From Candidatus Moraniibacteriota bacterium (lineage in GTDB: Bacteria > Patescibacteriota > Minisyncoccia > Moranbacterales > UBA1568): a stretch of 64,000 nt of DNA. The notes beneath the pieces are model-generated. The model did no database searches and had not been told where the DNA came from. It saw only the letters and a list, made by a program, of their open reading frames with translations. Shown piece after piece: positions 38,070-49,674 of this stretch; the first letter of the stretch is position 1, and each line of letters begins with the position of its first letter. The stretch lies in NCBI GenBank assembly GCA_052034935.1, contig JBPOIB010000007.1, positions 134 through 64,133 of the forward strand. The letters are read 5' to 3'. The translations under genes were made by a program, and so were the position numbers.

Positions 38070-38474
38070 TTACCAGGCTTGGCAGATATATTCCCCTCCG
38101 AGGCGGCGTTTGTGGGCCTGGAGTCCGGTCATGAGTCCCTGGGAAGTCGAGATGATCGAGATACCGTAACCATTCTTCACTTTGACGACCTCATTCTTCT
38201 TGACATAGACACGACGGCCTTCCTTGCTGATGCGCTCAATCTCCTGGATGGCTCCCTCGCGCTTTGTGAGCGACAGATCACGGTACTTCAGGGTGATGCT
38301 GAGATCCTTCTTCACACCCTCCTCGACAACCGCCACATCCTCGACAAAACCTTCCGCCTTGAGAATCTCAGCGATTGACAGTTTCATTCGGGAAGCTGGA
38401 ATACGCACGGTCGCATGTCCTGCGCGCTGTGCATTCCTGATTCGAGTGAGCATTTCTGCTATTGGGTCTAACAT
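38070..38474 (-). CDS. rpsH: 30S ribosomal protein S8
   Basis: MLDPIAEMLTRIRNA start. The track ORF runs to 38630 through rpsZ; internal start at 38474 used. Confidence 0.9.
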   Translation of the reverse strand: MLDPIAEMLTRIRNAQRAGHATVRIPASRMKLSIAEILKAEGFVEDVAVVEEGVKKDLSITLKYRDLSLTKREGAIQEIERISKEGRRVYVKKNEVVKVKNGYGISIISTSQGLMTGLQAHKRRLGGEYICQAW

Positions 38475-38502
38475 ACCTGATGATTTATGAGGGTTCTCGT
38501 AA

Positions 38503-38688
38503 TTACCATGACGACTTTCTGACTCCGGGGATCTCGCCTTTGCTCGCGAGCTCTCGGAAGCAGATACGGCAGATATCGTAGGCTCGCATATAGCCGTGTT
38601 TCCGGCCGCAACGCCAGCAACGCCGAACAATCCGGGTCGAGAACTTCGGGGTCTTCAGTGAGCGAGCGTAGGTCGATGTTTTTGCCAT
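38503..38688 (-). CDS. rpsZ: 30S ribosomal protein S14, zinc-binding type Z (61 aa)
   Basis: CxxC...CxxC zinc ribbon [22 protein letters not shown]. Confidence 0.9.
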   Translation of the reverse strand: MAKTSTYARSLKTPKFSTRIVRRCWRCGRKHGYMRAYDICRICFRELASKGEIPGVRKSSW

Positions 38689-38696
38689 AGCTTTGG

Positions 38697-39260
38697 TTAG
38701 CGTGATTCTTCTGATTTACCCGTCTGGAGCGGCAATCCGATGGCCCGGAAGAGGGCCTCACCCGACTTCACGTCCTTCGCGGTGGTCACAATCGTAATCT
38801 GGAAACTGAAAATAGTCTGCACTTTCTCCGGGACGATTTCTGGAAAAACGAGATGCTCTTTGATACCGATATTGCAGTTACCGTAGGTATCGACGGATCG
38901 AAGCGTGATTCCCTGGAAGTCACGAACACGCGGCAGAGCGACATGGATGAGGCGATCAAGGAAATCCCACATCCGCTTTCCCCGAAGCGTCGTGCGCATT
39001 CCGACTTCGAGATCCTCGCGGATCTTGAATCCGGCGATCGCTTTCCGAGCCTTGGTCGAAACTACTTTCTGACCCGTGATCATTTCGAGCGAAGTGCGGA
39101 TCTCGTCGATGCGGTTCGATTCCTTGAGGAATTTACCCACGCCGACATTCACCACGACCCGGTCGATCTTCGGGAGCGCATTCGGATTCTCCGTACCGAG
39201 AAGTTTTTTCAGGGCCGGGAGAGCTTTCGCTTCGTAATTTTTCTTCGTAAGAGATGACAT
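38697..39260 (-). CDS. rplE: 50S ribosomal protein L5
   Basis: 187 aa L5. Confidence 0.9.
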   Translation of the reverse strand: MSSLTKKNYEAKALPALKKLLGTENPNALPKIDRVVVNVGVGKFLKESNRIDEIRTSLEMITGQKVVSTKARKAIAGFKIREDLEVGMRTTLRGKRMWDFLDRLIHVALPRVRDFQGITLRSVDTYGNCNIGIKEHLVFPEIVPEKVQTIFSFQITIVTTAKDVKSGEALFRAIGLPLQTGKSEESR

Positions 39261-39268
39261 AGTATCTG

Positions 39269-39577
39269 CTAGTTGATATCCTTGCCGGATTTCTTGCTGA
39301 CGCGCACCTTGTCTGTTCCATTCATGCGGTAGCCGATGCGGGTCGGTTTGCCAGTTTCAGCGTCGACGAGCATGACGTTCGAAACATGGAGCGGCATCGC
39401 CATTTCGATCCGTTCGCCCTTCTCGCCCGCGCTCTTGCCCTTGCGGTGACGCTTACCCATGTTGGCTCCTTCGACGACCACCCGGTCGGCTTCAGGGAAA
39501 ACCCGAACAATCGTGCCGCGCTTGCCGCGGTCCTTGCCAGCTATCACTTGTACTTGGTCGCCTTTCTTGATCTTCAT
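39269..39577 (-). CDS. rplX: 50S ribosomal protein L24
   Basis: KOW motif MKIKKGDQVQVIAGKDRGK; internal start at 39577 (track ORF extends to 39715). Confidence 0.9.
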   Translation of the reverse strand: MKIKKGDQVQVIAGKDRGKRGTIVRVFPEADRVVVEGANMGKRHRKGKSAGEKGERIEMAMPLHVSNVMLVDAETGKPTRIGYRMNGTDKVRVSKKSGKDIN

Positions 39578-39581
39578 AGCC

Positions 39582-39953
39582 TTAGAGTACTTCGGGTGCG
39601 AGTGAAACGATTTTCGCGAAACCTTTCTCGCGCAGTTCGCGAGCGATCGGTCCGAAGATGCGGGAACCCTTCGGCTCCTGGGTCGCACCTTCGAGGATAA
39701 CAGCGGCATTCTCATCGAAACGGATGTACGAATTGTCTTTGCGGCGATGAGCGGTGCGCTGACGAACGATGACCGCTTTCACCTTATCGCCCTTCTTCAC
39801 GAGACCGCGCGGTTCGGCGACCTTCACCGAAGCCACCACGATATCACCAAGTCCGGCATAGCGTCGGCGCGTCCCGCCGAGCACTTTGAAGCACTCGATG
39901 ACTCGGGCTCCCGAGTTGTCTGCGACGATCAGTCTGGATTCTGCTTGGATCAT
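39582..39953 (-). CDS. rplN: 50S ribosomal protein L14
   Basis: [17 protein letters not shown] start. Confidence 0.9.
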   Translation of the reverse strand: MIQAESRLIVADNSGARVIECFKVLGGTRRRYAGLGDIVVASVKVAEPRGLVKKGDKVKAVIVRQRTAHRRKDNSYIRFDENAAVILEGATQEPKGSRIFGPIARELREKGFAKIVSLAPEVL

Positions 39954-39954
39954 A

Positions 39955-40209
39955 TTAGAGGGCGATGATGTGATGCTTCTCTTTCGAGAGCGGTCGGCAC
40001 TCACGGAAGGTCACGACCTGACCGAGTGCATATTCCTTACCTTCTGTTTCAACCTTGTACCGCTTGGTGGCCTGGTACTGCTTCTTGTATTTCGGGTGTG
40101 TCTTGAGCGTCTCGACAGCGACGACCACCGTATTTTTCATCCCAACCGAAACCACCGTCCCTTTCCAGGTTGGGCTATTCGTTTGCTTGGTTGTGTTCGA
40201 TGGTGTCAT
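39955..40209 (-). CDS. rpsQ: 30S ribosomal protein S17
   Basis: OB-fold S17; internal start at 40209. Confidence 0.85.
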   Translation of the reverse strand: MTPSNTTKQTNSPTWKGTVVSVGMKNTVVVAVETLKTHPKYKKQYQATKRYKVETEGKEYALGQVVTFRECRPLSKEKHHIIAL

Positions 40210-40225
40210 ACGTTCTTGAGTTACA

Positions 40226-40426
40226 TTAGTCCTCTTTGGCCGTTCCTTCCTCGCGCTCAAGCGTGTGGAGTCGGGCGATATCGCGCCGCGTTTTCCGATG
40301 CTCGCTGTGCTGCTTCGAAGCGCGTGTTGCGAGGTCGAAACGGAGCGTCCGGAGCTTGTCTTGAAGCTCGAGAAGAGTTTTCTCGCGCTCACCGACTGAT
40401 TTTTCCCGCCATTCTTTCGCTTTCAT
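40226..40426 (-). CDS. rpmC: 50S ribosomal protein L29
   Basis: ELQDKLRTLRFDLATR L29 helix; start at 40447 or 40426. Confidence 0.85.
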   Translation of the reverse strand: MKAKEWREKSVGEREKTLLELQDKLRTLRFDLATRASKQHSEHRKTRRDIARLHTLEREEGTAKED

Positions 40427-40427
40427 A

Positions 40428-40847
40428 CTATTGTTCTTTGACGACAAATCGGCTCTTTACGGACAACTTGTGAGCGGCAAGACGCATTGCCTCAGCAGCA
40501 GTCGCTTTCGGCACACCGTCGAGCTCGAAGAGCATACGGCCGGCAGAGACCTTGGCAGCAAAGTGGTCTGGCGTTCCTTTTCCTTTACCCATCGGTGTCT
40601 GCTCGCCCTTCTTCGTAATCGGCGTGTCAGGGAAGATGCGAATCCAAACTTTTCCACCGCGAGCGATGAACCGAGTCATAGCCCGGCGAGCGGCCTCGAT
40701 CTGACGGGCAGAGATGATTCCACCCTCAGTCGCCTTCAGTCCGAAAGCACCGAAACTGATTTTGTCGCCGCGCGAAGCAACCGTCCCGACCGGATTGTAT
40801 CCGCGCTGGACTTTGCGATGCTTCACTTTTCGGGGCATGAGGTTCAT
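40428..40847 (-). CDS. rplP: 50S ribosomal protein L16
   Basis: 139 aa L16. Confidence 0.9.
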   Translation of the reverse strand: MNLMPRKVKHRKVQRGYNPVGTVASRGDKISFGAFGLKATEGGIISARQIEAARRAMTRFIARGGKVWIRIFPDTPITKKGEQTPMGKGKGTPDHFAAKVSAGRMLFELDGVPKATAAEAMRLAAHKLSVKSRFVVKEQ

Positions 40848-40873
40848 AGCCGTCTTCTTTCTCGTATCTAAAA

Positions 40874-41533
40874 TTATTCTTCGATTTTTTCTTCAAACTT
40901 CTCTCCCTTGTAGATCCAGACCTTCACGCCGATCACACCGTAGGTCGTCTTCGCTTCATAGCGGGCGAAGTCAACATCGGAACGGAGCGTATGGAGAGGG
41001 ATCTTACCGCGGGAGAGCCATTCGCGGCGGGACATTTCGGCGCCGCCGAGACGGCCAGCGATTTCAATCTTCACACCAAGGAGCGCCTTATTCGCCTCTA
41101 CCTGGTCGAGCGTTCCTTTGAGCACACGACGGAACGGGGTCCGCTTCTCGAGCTGCTCGGCCACCTGCTGAGCGACGAGCATCGCACTCTCTTCCATGTG
41201 TTTCACTTCCTGAACTTCGACTTTGAGGTCGACTTTCTTGCCAGCGAAGAAACGCTTACGGAGAGCTCGGGTGAGGTCCTCGATGCCGGTACCACCACGA
41301 CCGATGAGGACACCAGGGCGGGAAGTGCGGATAATCACCTTCATCATGCCAGTCGAGCGCTCAATCTCGACGGATGCGATGGCTGCGCTCTTCCACTGCT
41401 TCTGGATGAAATCGCGCATCTCAACGTCCTTTCGGAGATTGGTACGGAGTGTTTTGCCCTCAGCAAACCAGCGTGACTGCCAGTCAGCGGTGATTCCCAG
41501 GCGGATTCCAGTTGGATTGGTCTTGTTTCCCAT
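40874..41533 (-). CDS. rpsC: 30S ribosomal protein S3
   Basis: KH domain plus S3-C. Confidence 0.9.
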   Translation of the reverse strand: MGNKTNPTGIRLGITADWQSRWFAEGKTLRTNLRKDVEMRDFIQKQWKSAAIASVEIERSTGMMKVIIRTSRPGVLIGRGGTGIEDLTRALRKRFFAGKKVDLKVEVQEVKHMEESAMLVAQQVAEQLEKRTPFRRVLKGTLDQVEANKALLGVKIEIAGRLGGAEMSRREWLSRGKIPLHTLRSDVDFARYEAKTTYGVIGVKVWIYKGEKFEEKIEE

Positions 41534-41538
41534 AGCGC

Positions 41539-41991
41539 TTAGGCTTGCTTGTTTTCAGTCTTTTTAGCGGCGACTTTCTTGGCGACCGGTTTGGAAACGG
41601 TTTTCTTCGTGGCGGTCTTAGCAACTTTTTTGGCAATCACTTTCTTTACCTCTTTCACGGCTCGCTCATCGAGGACGATACGAACCTTGGAGGTACGACG
41701 GAGAATAGGCGTTGCCTGACCGAAGGCTTTCGGAGTGAAGCGCTTGAGCCGGACGCCGTCCATAACGGCAACCTCTTTCACGAAAAGCCCTTCTTCAGCG
41801 AGCTGGAAATTGTTCTTCGCATTGGCAATCGCGCTTTTGAGCAGCACCATGATCGGCTGCGAGCTCCGCTTCACCTGACGGCGGAGCTGGACGAGTGCAG
41901 CCACGACGCCCAAGCCCACAATCGAGTGGGTCACCAATCGCACCTTGCGAGGAGCGATGCGCAGATTGTTGAGTGTTGCTTCGACGCGCAT
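41539..41991 (-). CDS. rplV: 50S ribosomal protein L22 with Lys/Ala-rich C-terminal extension
   Basis: 150 aa. Confidence 0.9.
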   Translation of the reverse strand: MRVEATLNNLRIAPRKVRLVTHSIVGLGVVAALVQLRRQVKRSSQPIMVLLKSAIANAKNNFQLAEEGLFVKEVAVMDGVRLKRFTPKAFGQATPILRRTSKVRIVLDERAVKEVKKVIAKKVAKTATKKTVSKPVAKKVAAKKTENKQA

Positions 41992-42000
41992 ACGGAAATA

Positions 42001-42336
42001 TTATTTCTTGTCAGTTGATTTGGCAGCCTTCGCAGCATCGAGTTCACGCTGCTTGCTCGCGAGTTCGATCTCTTTCTGCATCTTGCCACCATGGCGGGTA
42101 AACTTCCGAGTGAGCGAAAACTCGCCCAAGCGATGACCAACCATTTCTTCAGTCACGAGTACCGAGACGAAGTCCTTGCCGTTGTGAACGCCAAAGGTAA
42201 AGCCTACCATTTCAGGCGCGATGACGCAAGCGCGCGACCAGGTCTTGATGACCGTACGGTCCCCGTGCGGCCGGCCATCGATCTTCTTCAAGAGTCGAGG
42301 GTCGACGTATGGTCCTTTTTTGAGACTTCGTGACAT
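42001..42336 (-). CDS. rpsS: 30S ribosomal protein S19 with C-terminal extension
   Basis: 111 aa. Confidence 0.9.
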   Translation of the reverse strand: MSRSLKKGPYVDPRLLKKIDGRPHGDRTVIKTWSRACVIAPEMVGFTFGVHNGKDFVSVLVTEEMVGHRLGEFSLTRKFTRHGGKMQKEIELASKQRELDAAKAAKSTDKK

Positions 42337-42341
42337 AGGCT

Positions 42342-43169
42342 TTACTTCTTATTGCGGCGGCGGATGATGTATTGATTGGTGCGATGCTTGCGTTTTCTGG
42401 TCTTCTTCCCGAGAGCAGCCTTACCCCATGGGGTCTTCGGATGCATACCGATCGGCTGGCGACCCTCACCACCACCGTGCGGATGGTCGACCGGGTTCAT
42501 CGCGGTACCGCGGACGGCCGGACGACGGTTCATATGGCGGGCGCGGCCGGCTTTTCCGATGCGTTCAGCACTGTGCTCGAAGTTCGAGACCTGGCCGATC
42601 GTCGCATAGCAATCTTTCGGCACGAGGCGAACTTCGCTTGAGGAAAGCTTCACCTGTGCCATCGGACCATCGAGCGCCATCAAGGTCGCCTGGGAACCGG
42701 CACTCCGGACGATCTGTCCGCCTTTGCCACGCTGCATTTCGATATTGCAGATAGTCGTACCAGCCGGGATATTGGAAAGAAGGAGGCGGTTACCGAGCTC
42801 AACTGGGGCTTCCGGACCGGAAACAATGGTCTGACCGACCCGCATATCATGGGTCGCGAGGATATAGCGCTTCTCACCATCGGCGTACGTCAAAAGCGCA
42901 ATCAGGGCCGAACGGTTCGGATCGAGCTCGATCGAGGCAATCTTGGCCGGGATGCCATGCTTATCCTGTTTGAAATCAATAATGCGGTAGCGACGCTTCA
43001 CACCGCCACCCTGGTGGCGAACCGAAATCTTACCGAGTGAGCGACCCGCCTTCTTTGGCTTTGGTGCCAGGAGCGATTTCTCCGGCTTTCGGTCCGTGAC
43101 GGCATCCGGCTTCACGATCGACATGAAACGGCGTCCGGCATTATTCTTTTTGTAGATCTTGATGGCCAT
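42342..43169 (-). CDS. rplB: 50S ribosomal protein L2
   Basis: 275 aa; GGGEGRQP motif. Confidence 0.95.
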   Translation of the reverse strand: MAIKIYKKNNAGRRFMSIVKPDAVTDRKPEKSLLAPKPKKAGRSLGKISVRHQGGGVKRRYRIIDFKQDKHGIPAKIASIELDPNRSALIALLTYADGEKRYILATHDMRVGQTIVSGPEAPVELGNRLLLSNIPAGTTICNIEMQRGKGGQIVRSAGSQATLMALDGPMAQVKLSSSEVRLVPKDCYATIGQVSNFEHSAERIGKAGRARHMNRRPAVRGTAMNPVDHPHGGGEGRQPIGMHPKTPWGKAALGKKTRKRKHRTNQYIIRRRNKK

Positions 43170-43173
43170 AGTC

Positions 43174-43515
43174 TTAGATACCGGCTTGGAATAACTGGAT
43201 TGTTTCGCCTTTCTTCAATCGGACGAGCGCTTTCTTGACGGCGCTGCGACGACCGGCGGTCTGGCCGTAATTCTTTTTCTTTCCCGGAAGACGGACCATA
43301 TTCACCGCGACGACAGAAACGCCATAAGCCTCTTCAACCGCGCGTTTCACTTCAGTCTTGGTCGCGGACATCGTGACCTGGAACACGTACTGGTCGAGGG
43401 CGTTCACGGCATACGATTTCTCGGTAATGCGCGGACGGACCAACACGCGGGTCGCGAGAGACGAGAGTTTCTTCTCGACTTTCGATTCCTTTTCAGTTTT
43501 CTTGAGAATAGCCAT
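43174..43515 (-). CDS. rplW: 50S ribosomal protein L23
   Basis: 113 aa. Confidence 0.9.
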   Translation of the reverse strand: MAILKKTEKESKVEKKLSSLATRVLVRPRITEKSYAVNALDQYVFQVTMSATKTEVKRAVEEAYGVSVVAVNMVRLPGKKKNYGQTAGRRSAVKKALVRLKKGETIQLFQAGI

Positions 43516-43520
43516 AGTGA

Positions 43521-44162
43521 TTATTTCTTCCAGCTCTTGAACCGGCTATCAATCTCCATGAGACCGGACTTGCTCATGAGCACGTATTCACTCTTGAGAA
43601 GATGGAGCACATTGAGATCGGGGTTATGAGCAACCGTCACGGTCGGGATATTGCGCATCGCCCGGGCGTCGGCCTGTTCAGCGGTCATAACACTCACAAC
43701 TACTTTGCGCGGGCTGATAGCGAGCGCGGTGAGGGCTTTTTCAAAAATCTTTGTCTTCTTATCAGCGACCGCGAGGGTATCGGTGACAATAAGCTTTCCC
43801 GTGCGCAGCTTTTCAGAAAGAGCGATAAGCACCGCCTTCTGACGCATCTTCTGACTCACTTCACGGTAGAAATTCCGTTCATTGGTCGGACCATGAGTCA
43901 CACCACCCTTGCGCCACAAAGGACTACGGACGGAGCCGGCACGTGCGCGACCGGTGCCTTTCTGCTTCCATGGTTTCTTGCCGGTACCAGCGCGCTCGGA
44001 TCGATCTTTCGTATGAGCGATCGGGCTCCGGAGATTTCCCATGAGGACGGTAAAGACTTGATGGACAAGTGCGTCATTGCGCTCCACATTGAAAATCCGA
44101 TCGTCAACTTCCATCGTTTCGACATCTTTCCCGGCCAAGTTTTTGACAATGATTTGAGACAT
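43521..44162 (-). CDS. rplD: 50S ribosomal protein L4
   Basis: 213 aa. Confidence 0.9.
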   Translation of the reverse strand: MSQIIVKNLAGKDVETMEVDDRIFNVERNDALVHQVFTVLMGNLRSPIAHTKDRSERAGTGKKPWKQKGTGRARAGSVRSPLWRKGGVTHGPTNERNFYREVSQKMRQKAVLIALSEKLRTGKLIVTDTLAVADKKTKIFEKALTALAISPRKVVVSVMTAEQADARAMRNIPTVTVAHNPDLNVLHLLKSEYVLMSKSGLMEIDSRFKSWKK

Positions 44163-44166
44163 ATTC

Positions 44167-44766
44167 TTACTTGGCGCTACGGATTTCTACCAATCGGCCG
44201 ACGACTCCTGGAACTGCGCCGCGGACACCGAGCACGCCCTTTTCCGCATCGACGAATTCGACAACGAGATTCTTTACTGTGAATCGATCCGCGCCCATGC
44301 GGCCGGCCATGCGACGACCCTTGATAACGTGTTCAGGAAATGTTGCTCCAATCGAACCTGGTTTGCGAAGATCGTGCTTGCCACCGTGAGAGGCGCGGCC
44401 ACCGGCAAATCCATACCGCTTGACGACACCCTGAAAACCCTTTGCCTTGGTGATACCAGAGACATGGACTTTTTCGCCGATCTCGAACTGAGCGACTGAG
44501 ACCGTAGTAGAAAGCGCAAAATTCTCAAGTGTTTTGACACCTTCCTCTTGGCTGCCGTCATTCAGATCGAGCCGGAATTCGCGGGCGGTCGTTTTCTTCG
44601 TCGTCAGTGGATGAGAAAGCTGCACCGCAACATAGCCGTCCTTCTCCGCCGTCCGATGAAGCGAGACCGTGTTCGGCTCGCACTCAATCAAGGTCACGTT
44701 CAAGGCCCCCTTCGTTTCATCGAAGAGCGTCGTCATGCCGAGTTTTTTGCCGAGGAGACACTTCAT
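44167..44766 (-). CDS. rplC: 50S ribosomal protein L3
   Basis: Start MKCLLGKKLGMTTLF (track ORF extends to 44799). Confidence 0.9.
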   Translation of the reverse strand: MKCLLGKKLGMTTLFDETKGALNVTLIECEPNTVSLHRTAEKDGYVAVQLSHPLTTKKTTAREFRLDLNDGSQEEGVKTLENFALSTTVSVAQFEIGEKVHVSGITKAKGFQGVVKRYGFAGGRASHGGKHDLRKPGSIGATFPEHVIKGRRMAGRMGADRFTVKNLVVEFVDAEKGVLGVRGAVPGVVGRLVEIRSAK

Positions 44767-44914
44767 AACAGATTTGTACTTGGGTAAAGGTGGTAACAAA
44801 AAAACTGGATCACTTGTCCGCGTGCCAGTTTCTGTCTGGCTCGCTTAGTATCTTTTCTTCGACTTTCGTAAGAGGAGAAGAAGAGACTTGAACGAGTGGC
44901 TTACGCCGTCACAA

Positions 44915-45244
44915 CTACATTTTTATTTCGATATCCACTCCGGCCGGCAAATCGAGATTCGTGAGATTATCGATTGTCTTCGCGTTGGGATTGAGGATGT
45001 CGATGAGGCGCTTATGAACCCGCATCTCGTACTGATCGCGCGAATTCTTGTGGACGAACGTCGAGCGGTTGACCGTCACCTTGTGGATCTCGGTCGGGAG
45101 CGGTACTGGGCCGGTGATTTCCGCACCTGTACGTTCCGCTGTCTCGACGATTTTCCGGGCTGACTGATCGATGACCTTGTGGTCATAGGCCTTGATCTTG
45201 ATCCGGACTCGCGTCGTCACTTCCTCTTTTTTCTTCGTAGCCAT
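44915..45244 (-). CDS. rpsJ: 30S ribosomal protein S10
   Basis: 109 aa. Confidence 0.9.
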   Translation of the reverse strand: MATKKKEEVTTRVRIKIKAYDHKVIDQSARKIVETAERTGAEITGPVPLPTEIHKVTVNRSTFVHKNSRDQYEMRVHKRLIDILNPNAKTIDNLTNLDLPAGVDIEIKM

Positions 45245-45315
45245 GATTTGTGAATGAGTCTGTTGAGAGAACAGTCGTCTCGGGAACCTTTTTCCCGAGA
45301 CTCAGTTCCATCAAA

Positions 45316-46509
45316 TTATTTGAGGATCTTCGTCGCGACACCGGCACCAACGGTACGACCACCTTCACGAATAGCGAAGCGCATACCTTCTTCCATAGCG
45401 ACTGGAGCGATGAGGACGATTTTGAGCTTGATAGTGTCACCGGGCATCACCATCTCGGTACCTTCCGGGAGAATCACTTCACCGGTCACATCTGTGGTAC
45501 GGATGTAGAACTGCGGCTTGTAACCCTTGAAGAACGGAGTGTGACGACCACCTTCTTCCTTGGAGAGGATATAGACCTCACCTTCAAATTCGGTGTGCGG
45601 AGTGATGGATCCCGGCTTGGCCAAGACCTGACCGCGCTCAACATCTTCTTTCTTGATACCGCGGATGAGGAGACCAGCGTTGTCACCGGCCTGACCACGG
45701 TCGAGCTGCTTGTTAAACATCTCGATACCAGTCACAACCGTCTTCGCAAGCGGGCGGAGACCGACGATTTCGACTTCTTCGTTGATGTTCACGATACCAC
45801 GCTCGATACGGCCAGTGACGACGGTGCCACGACCTTCAATCGAGAAGATATCTTCAATCTGCATCAGGAATGGTTTGTCGGTATCACGAACCGGTTCTGG
45901 GATTTTTTCATCAAGAGCGGCAACGAGATCGAGAATCGGCTTGGCGTCAGCATCATCAACACCTTTTGATTCGAGAGCCTTGAGGGCGCTCCCACGAATC
46001 ACCGCAGCGTTGTCACCGTCAAATTCGTATTTGGAGAGGAGTTCGCGAACCTCAGCCTCGACGAGGTCGATGAGTTCAGCGTCATCCACCATGTCGACTT
46101 TGTTGAGGAAAACGACGATATTCGGAACACCGACCTGCTTGGCGAGAAGGATGTGCTCACGGGTCTGGGGCATTGGACCATCAGTGGCCGAGACAACGAG
46201 AATCGCACCGTCCATCTGGGCAGCACCGGTAATCATGTTCTTGATGTAGTCGGCGTGCCCTGGGCAGTCAACGTGCGCATAGTGGCGCTTGTCAGACTCG
46301 TACTCGCAGTGGGACGTCGAGATCGTGATACCGCGCTCCTTTTCTTCCGGAGCCTTGTCGATTTCATCAACACCCTTCTCTTTGGCAAAACCCTTCATCG
46401 AGAGGACATGGAGAAGAGCGGCCGTGGTGGTCGTCTTGCCATGGTCGACGTGGCCAATAGTACCAACGTTAACGTGCGGTTTAGAACGGTTGAATTGCTC
46501 TGCTGCCAT
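45316..46509 (-). CDS. tuf: Elongation factor Tu
   Basis: [18 protein letters not shown] GTPase motifs. Confidence 0.95.
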   Translation of the reverse strand: MAAEQFNRSKPHVNVGTIGHVDHGKTTTTAALLHVLSMKGFAKEKGVDEIDKAPEEKERGITISTSHCEYESDKRHYAHVDCPGHADYIKNMITGAAQMDGAILVVSATDGPMPQTREHILLAKQVGVPNIVVFLNKVDMVDDAELIDLVEAEVRELLSKYEFDGDNAAVIRGSALKALESKGVDDADAKPILDLVAALDEKIPEPVRDTDKPFLMQIEDIFSIEGRGTVVTGRIERGIVNINEEVEIVGLRPLAKTVVTGIEMFNKQLDRGQAGDNAGLLIRGIKKEDVERGQVLAKPGSITPHTEFEGEVYILSKEEGGRHTPFFKGYKPQFYIRTTDVTGEVILPEGTEMVMPGDTIKLKIVLIAPVAMEEGMRFAIREGGRTVGAGVATKILK

Positions 46510-46924
46510 ACTGTTGACTGACACCCCGACCCGTCTTCGACGGATTTTCGGTGCCCACCTTAAGTGAATGATTTATTACGAAAAATTTTTCATCTCCCTG
46601 TTCCGGCCTTGCCAACAGACAAAAACGGCTCAGGAAAGCGTCAATCAGGATGATAGCAACCCACTGAAATCCTGTCAAGATGGACTAAACACATCATCGG
46701 AAGAAAGACTGTTCGACCTGGTCTTTATTCATCAACACAACAATGGATCCTTATAAAATGAGACTGATCCGTCCCCCACTTGGCAGATGATGAGACATCA
46801 GCCTTGGTTAGGGACACCACTCCCTGGCGAACCCTGGGGCCAAAGTCCTCACCGATCAATGCACCCCTCCCTTAACCTGAAGGCTTCTTCCATGAGGTGT
46901 CAGGGTCGTTTTTTTTGCAAGTAA

Positions 46925-47368
46925 CTAGCGTCCGAAAGCGTCTTCCAACGCCTGCCGGGCCATCTTTTCATTTGCGGTGAGACCGTGAAAACCAACTCCT
47001 TTGCCTCGCTTTTCGGAACCGTCCTTTAGAAGAATAATTACCTCAACATACACAATCTTTTCTCCTTCAAAGTCACGCGGGCCACTCAGAGTAAACTCAG
47101 CCCGCGCTCCCGGCGCTTGCCGCTCAAGACTTTTTACGAGCGACTCCCGTTGAAACGGTGTCAATTCAAAGTTGAGCGTGATATTCTCCCTCCCTCGCTC
47201 TGGCGCAGCCATCACTTCCGGAGATACGACACCAAACGCGGCAGCACCAGCGACTGCGCCGGCAGTTTTCAAGAAATTCCGTCGACTCATCACAGCCTGG
47301 TCTTCTGGAGAAAGTCCGGTCTTTTCTTCTTCTGCCGATATGGAAGGTATGGCCTCAAAATTTTTCAT
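46925..47368 (-). CDS. Small exported protein with twin-arginine (Tat) signal peptide, unknown function
   Basis: SRRNFLKTAGAVAGAAAFGVVSPEVMA|AP: canonical S-R-R-x-F-L-K, hydrophobic core, AxA site. Alternative start at 47290 (MSRRNFLK). Confidence 0.6.
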   Translation of the reverse strand: MKNFEAIPSISAEEEKTGLSPEDQAVMSRRNFLKTAGAVAGAAAFGVVSPEVMAAPERGRENITLNFELTPFQRESLVKSLERQAPGARAEFTLSGPRDFEGEKIVYVEVIILLKDGSEKRGKGVGFHGLTANEKMARQALEDAFGR

Positions 47369-47475
47369 AATTTTTTAACTAAGTTAAAGACAAACCTATT
47401 TTAACATAGGCAAGATTTAAAAAAATAAACAAAAAAAGCCCGGGACAGGCCCGGGCTTTGGAAATTCTGGAACAA

Positions 47476-49575
47476 CTATTTCTCCTCTTTCGGCGCTTTC
47501 GCACCCATGATCTCTTCAGCCACATTGCGCGGGACTTCCGCGTAGTGGGCGAATTCCATGGAGTAGCTCGCACGGCCCTGGCTCATCGAGCGCATCTGGG
47601 TCGCGTACCCGAACATACTGGCGAGCGGCACTTCAGCCGAGACTTCCTTCACCCGGGCATTGCCTTCGCCGCGATCGGTCATCTCCTTGATGATACCGCG
47701 CTTCGCGTTGAGGTCACCGACAATATCGCCCATGAAGCTCTCCGGCATGATGACGGTCACTTTCATGATTGGCTCGAGAATGATTGGCTTGGCCCGGCGC
47801 ATCGCCTCTTTGAAGGCGAGTGAACCCGCGATCTTGAAGGCTGCTTCCGAGGAGTCGACATCATGGAAGGATCCATCATAGACGGTCGCCTTCACATCGA
47901 CAACCGGATAACCAGCGAGGACACCGGTGCTGGTCGCCTCTTCGATACCTTTGTTGATCGGCTTGATGAATTCCTGCGGAATGACACCACCTTTGGTTTC
48001 ATCGAAGAACTCATAGCCTTTGCCCTGTTCATTCGGTTCGAGACGAATCCAGCAATGACCGTACTGGCCACGACCACCCGACTGGCGGACGTACTTACCT
48101 TCGGCTTGAGCCATCTCGCGAATCGTTTCGCGGTAGGCAACCTGCGGACGACCGACATTGACTTCGACTTTGAATTCGCGGCGCATGCGATCAACGATAA
48201 TATCGAGGTGGAGCTCACCCATACCGGAGAGGATAGTCTGACCGCTGTCTTCGTCGGTGTGTACTCGGAAAGTCGGATCTTCTTCGGAAAGCTTCTTTAA
48301 AGCGACACCCATCTTCTCCTGGTCTGCTTTGGTCTTCGGCTCGACGGCGATATCAATAACCGGTTCTGGGAAGACGATATTCTCGAGAATGACTGGAGCA
48401 TCCGGATCACAGAGCGTATCACCCGTCATGGTGACTTTCATACCGACGAGCGCGCCGATATCGCCCGAGGTCAGGTCTTCGATTTCTTCCCGGTGATTGG
48501 CATGCATGCGGAGGATACGACCGATACGCTCTTTTTCATTTTTGGTCGAGTTCAAAACGTATGATCCGGCTTTGATCGTACCGGAGTACACGCGGAAGAA
48601 GGTCAACTGACCAACGAACGGATCGGTAGCAACTTTGAACGCGAGCGCAGAGAAAGGAGCCTCGTCATTCGTCTCGCGGATAAGTTCCTTGTCATTTTTC
48701 GGATCAGTACCTACAACCGGCGGAATATCGACTGGAGATGGCAGATAGTCAACAACTGCATCGAGCACGAGCTGGACACCCTTGTTGCGAAGCGCGGTAC
48801 CAGTCATCACCGGATGGAGACGCACCTCGACGGTGGCCTTACGGAGGGCGGCCTTGAGCTCAGGAACGGAAATTTCTTCGCCGTTCAAGTACTTTTCTGT
48901 GAGGACATCATCCGTTTCGGAAATTTTCTCCACCATTTTCTCGCGCCATTCCTTGGCTTTGTCGACATACTCAGCCGGGATTTCACCCTCAATGATGATC
49001 TCACCCATATCACCATCAAAGGTGTAGGCTTTCATTTTCATGAGATCAATCAGTCCGTAGAAGTCACCCCGAAGTCCGAGTGGGTACTGGATCGCAACCG
49101 CGTTCGGTGTGAGACGGTTCCAGATGGAAGAAATCGCGTCTTCAAAAACCGCGCCCTCCTTATCGATCTTGTTAATGAAACACATGCGGGGAACTTTGTA
49201 CTTCTCCGCTTGACGCCACACGGTTTCGGACTGCGGTTCCACACCCTCCTTGCCATCAAACACGACAACACCACCATCGAGGACGCGAAGTGAGCGCTCT
49301 ACCTCCACGGTAAAGTCCACGTGTCCCGGCGTGTCGATGATATTGATATGATGGTCTTTCCAGTAGCAAGTCGTTGCGGCCGAAGTGATGGTGATGCCGC
49401 GCTCACGCTCCTGCTCCATCCAGTCCATGGTCGCTTCGCCTTCATGCACTTCGCCAATCTTGTGGGTGATACCGGTATAGAAAAGGATACGCTCAGTCGT
49501 CGTTGTTTTTCCGGCGTCGATGTGCGCGATGATACCGATATTGCGATACTTCTCAATGGCGATTTTGCGGGGCAT
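47476..49575 (-). CDS. fusA: Elongation factor G
   Basis: 699 aa; [18 protein letters not shown]. Confidence 0.95.
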   Translation of the reverse strand: MPRKIAIEKYRNIGIIAHIDAGKTTTTERILFYTGITHKIGEVHEGEATMDWMEQERERGITITSAATTCYWKDHHINIIDTPGHVDFTVEVERSLRVLDGGVVVFDGKEGVEPQSETVWRQAEKYKVPRMCFINKIDKEGAVFEDAISSIWNRLTPNAVAIQYPLGLRGDFYGLIDLMKMKAYTFDGDMGEIIIEGEIPAEYVDKAKEWREKMVEKISETDDVLTEKYLNGEEISVPELKAALRKATVEVRLHPVMTGTALRNKGVQLVLDAVVDYLPSPVDIPPVVGTDPKNDKELIRETNDEAPFSALAFKVATDPFVGQLTFFRVYSGTIKAGSYVLNSTKNEKERIGRILRMHANHREEIEDLTSGDIGALVGMKVTMTGDTLCDPDAPVILENIVFPEPVIDIAVEPKTKADQEKMGVALKKLSEEDPTFRVHTDEDSGQTILSGMGELHLDIIVDRMRREFKVEVNVGRPQVAYRETIREMAQAEGKYVRQSGGRGQYGHCWIRLEPNEQGKGYEFFDETKGGVIPQEFIKPINKGIEEATSTGVLAGYPVVDVKATVYDGSFHDVDSSEAAFKIAGSLAFKEAMRRAKPIILEPIMKVTVIMPESFMGDIVGDLNAKRGIIKEMTDRGEGNARVKEVSAEVPLASMFGYATQMRSMSQGRASYSMEFAHYAEVPRNVAEEIMGAKAPKEEK

Positions 49576-49674
49576 ACGAAACGTTTGCTATTTGGTTACG
49601 TGAATAAAAAACAATCAATCTGCGGGAGCTGCTTTATCAGATTCAGAGAGAGAAAAAAAACGGAAAAGCTCACT

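Noticed and set aside
45250-46521. Plus-strand ORFs of 239, 179 and 122 aa
   Set aside because: Antisense to tuf; EF-Tu identity is unambiguous.
46740-46900. SRP-RNA-like fragments (GGAAGAAGCC, UUGGCAGAUGA) upstream of tuf
   Set aside because: Motifs occur in the wrong order and orientation for a 4.5S hairpin and no tetraloop-closed helix forms; kept only as part of the unexplained leader finding.
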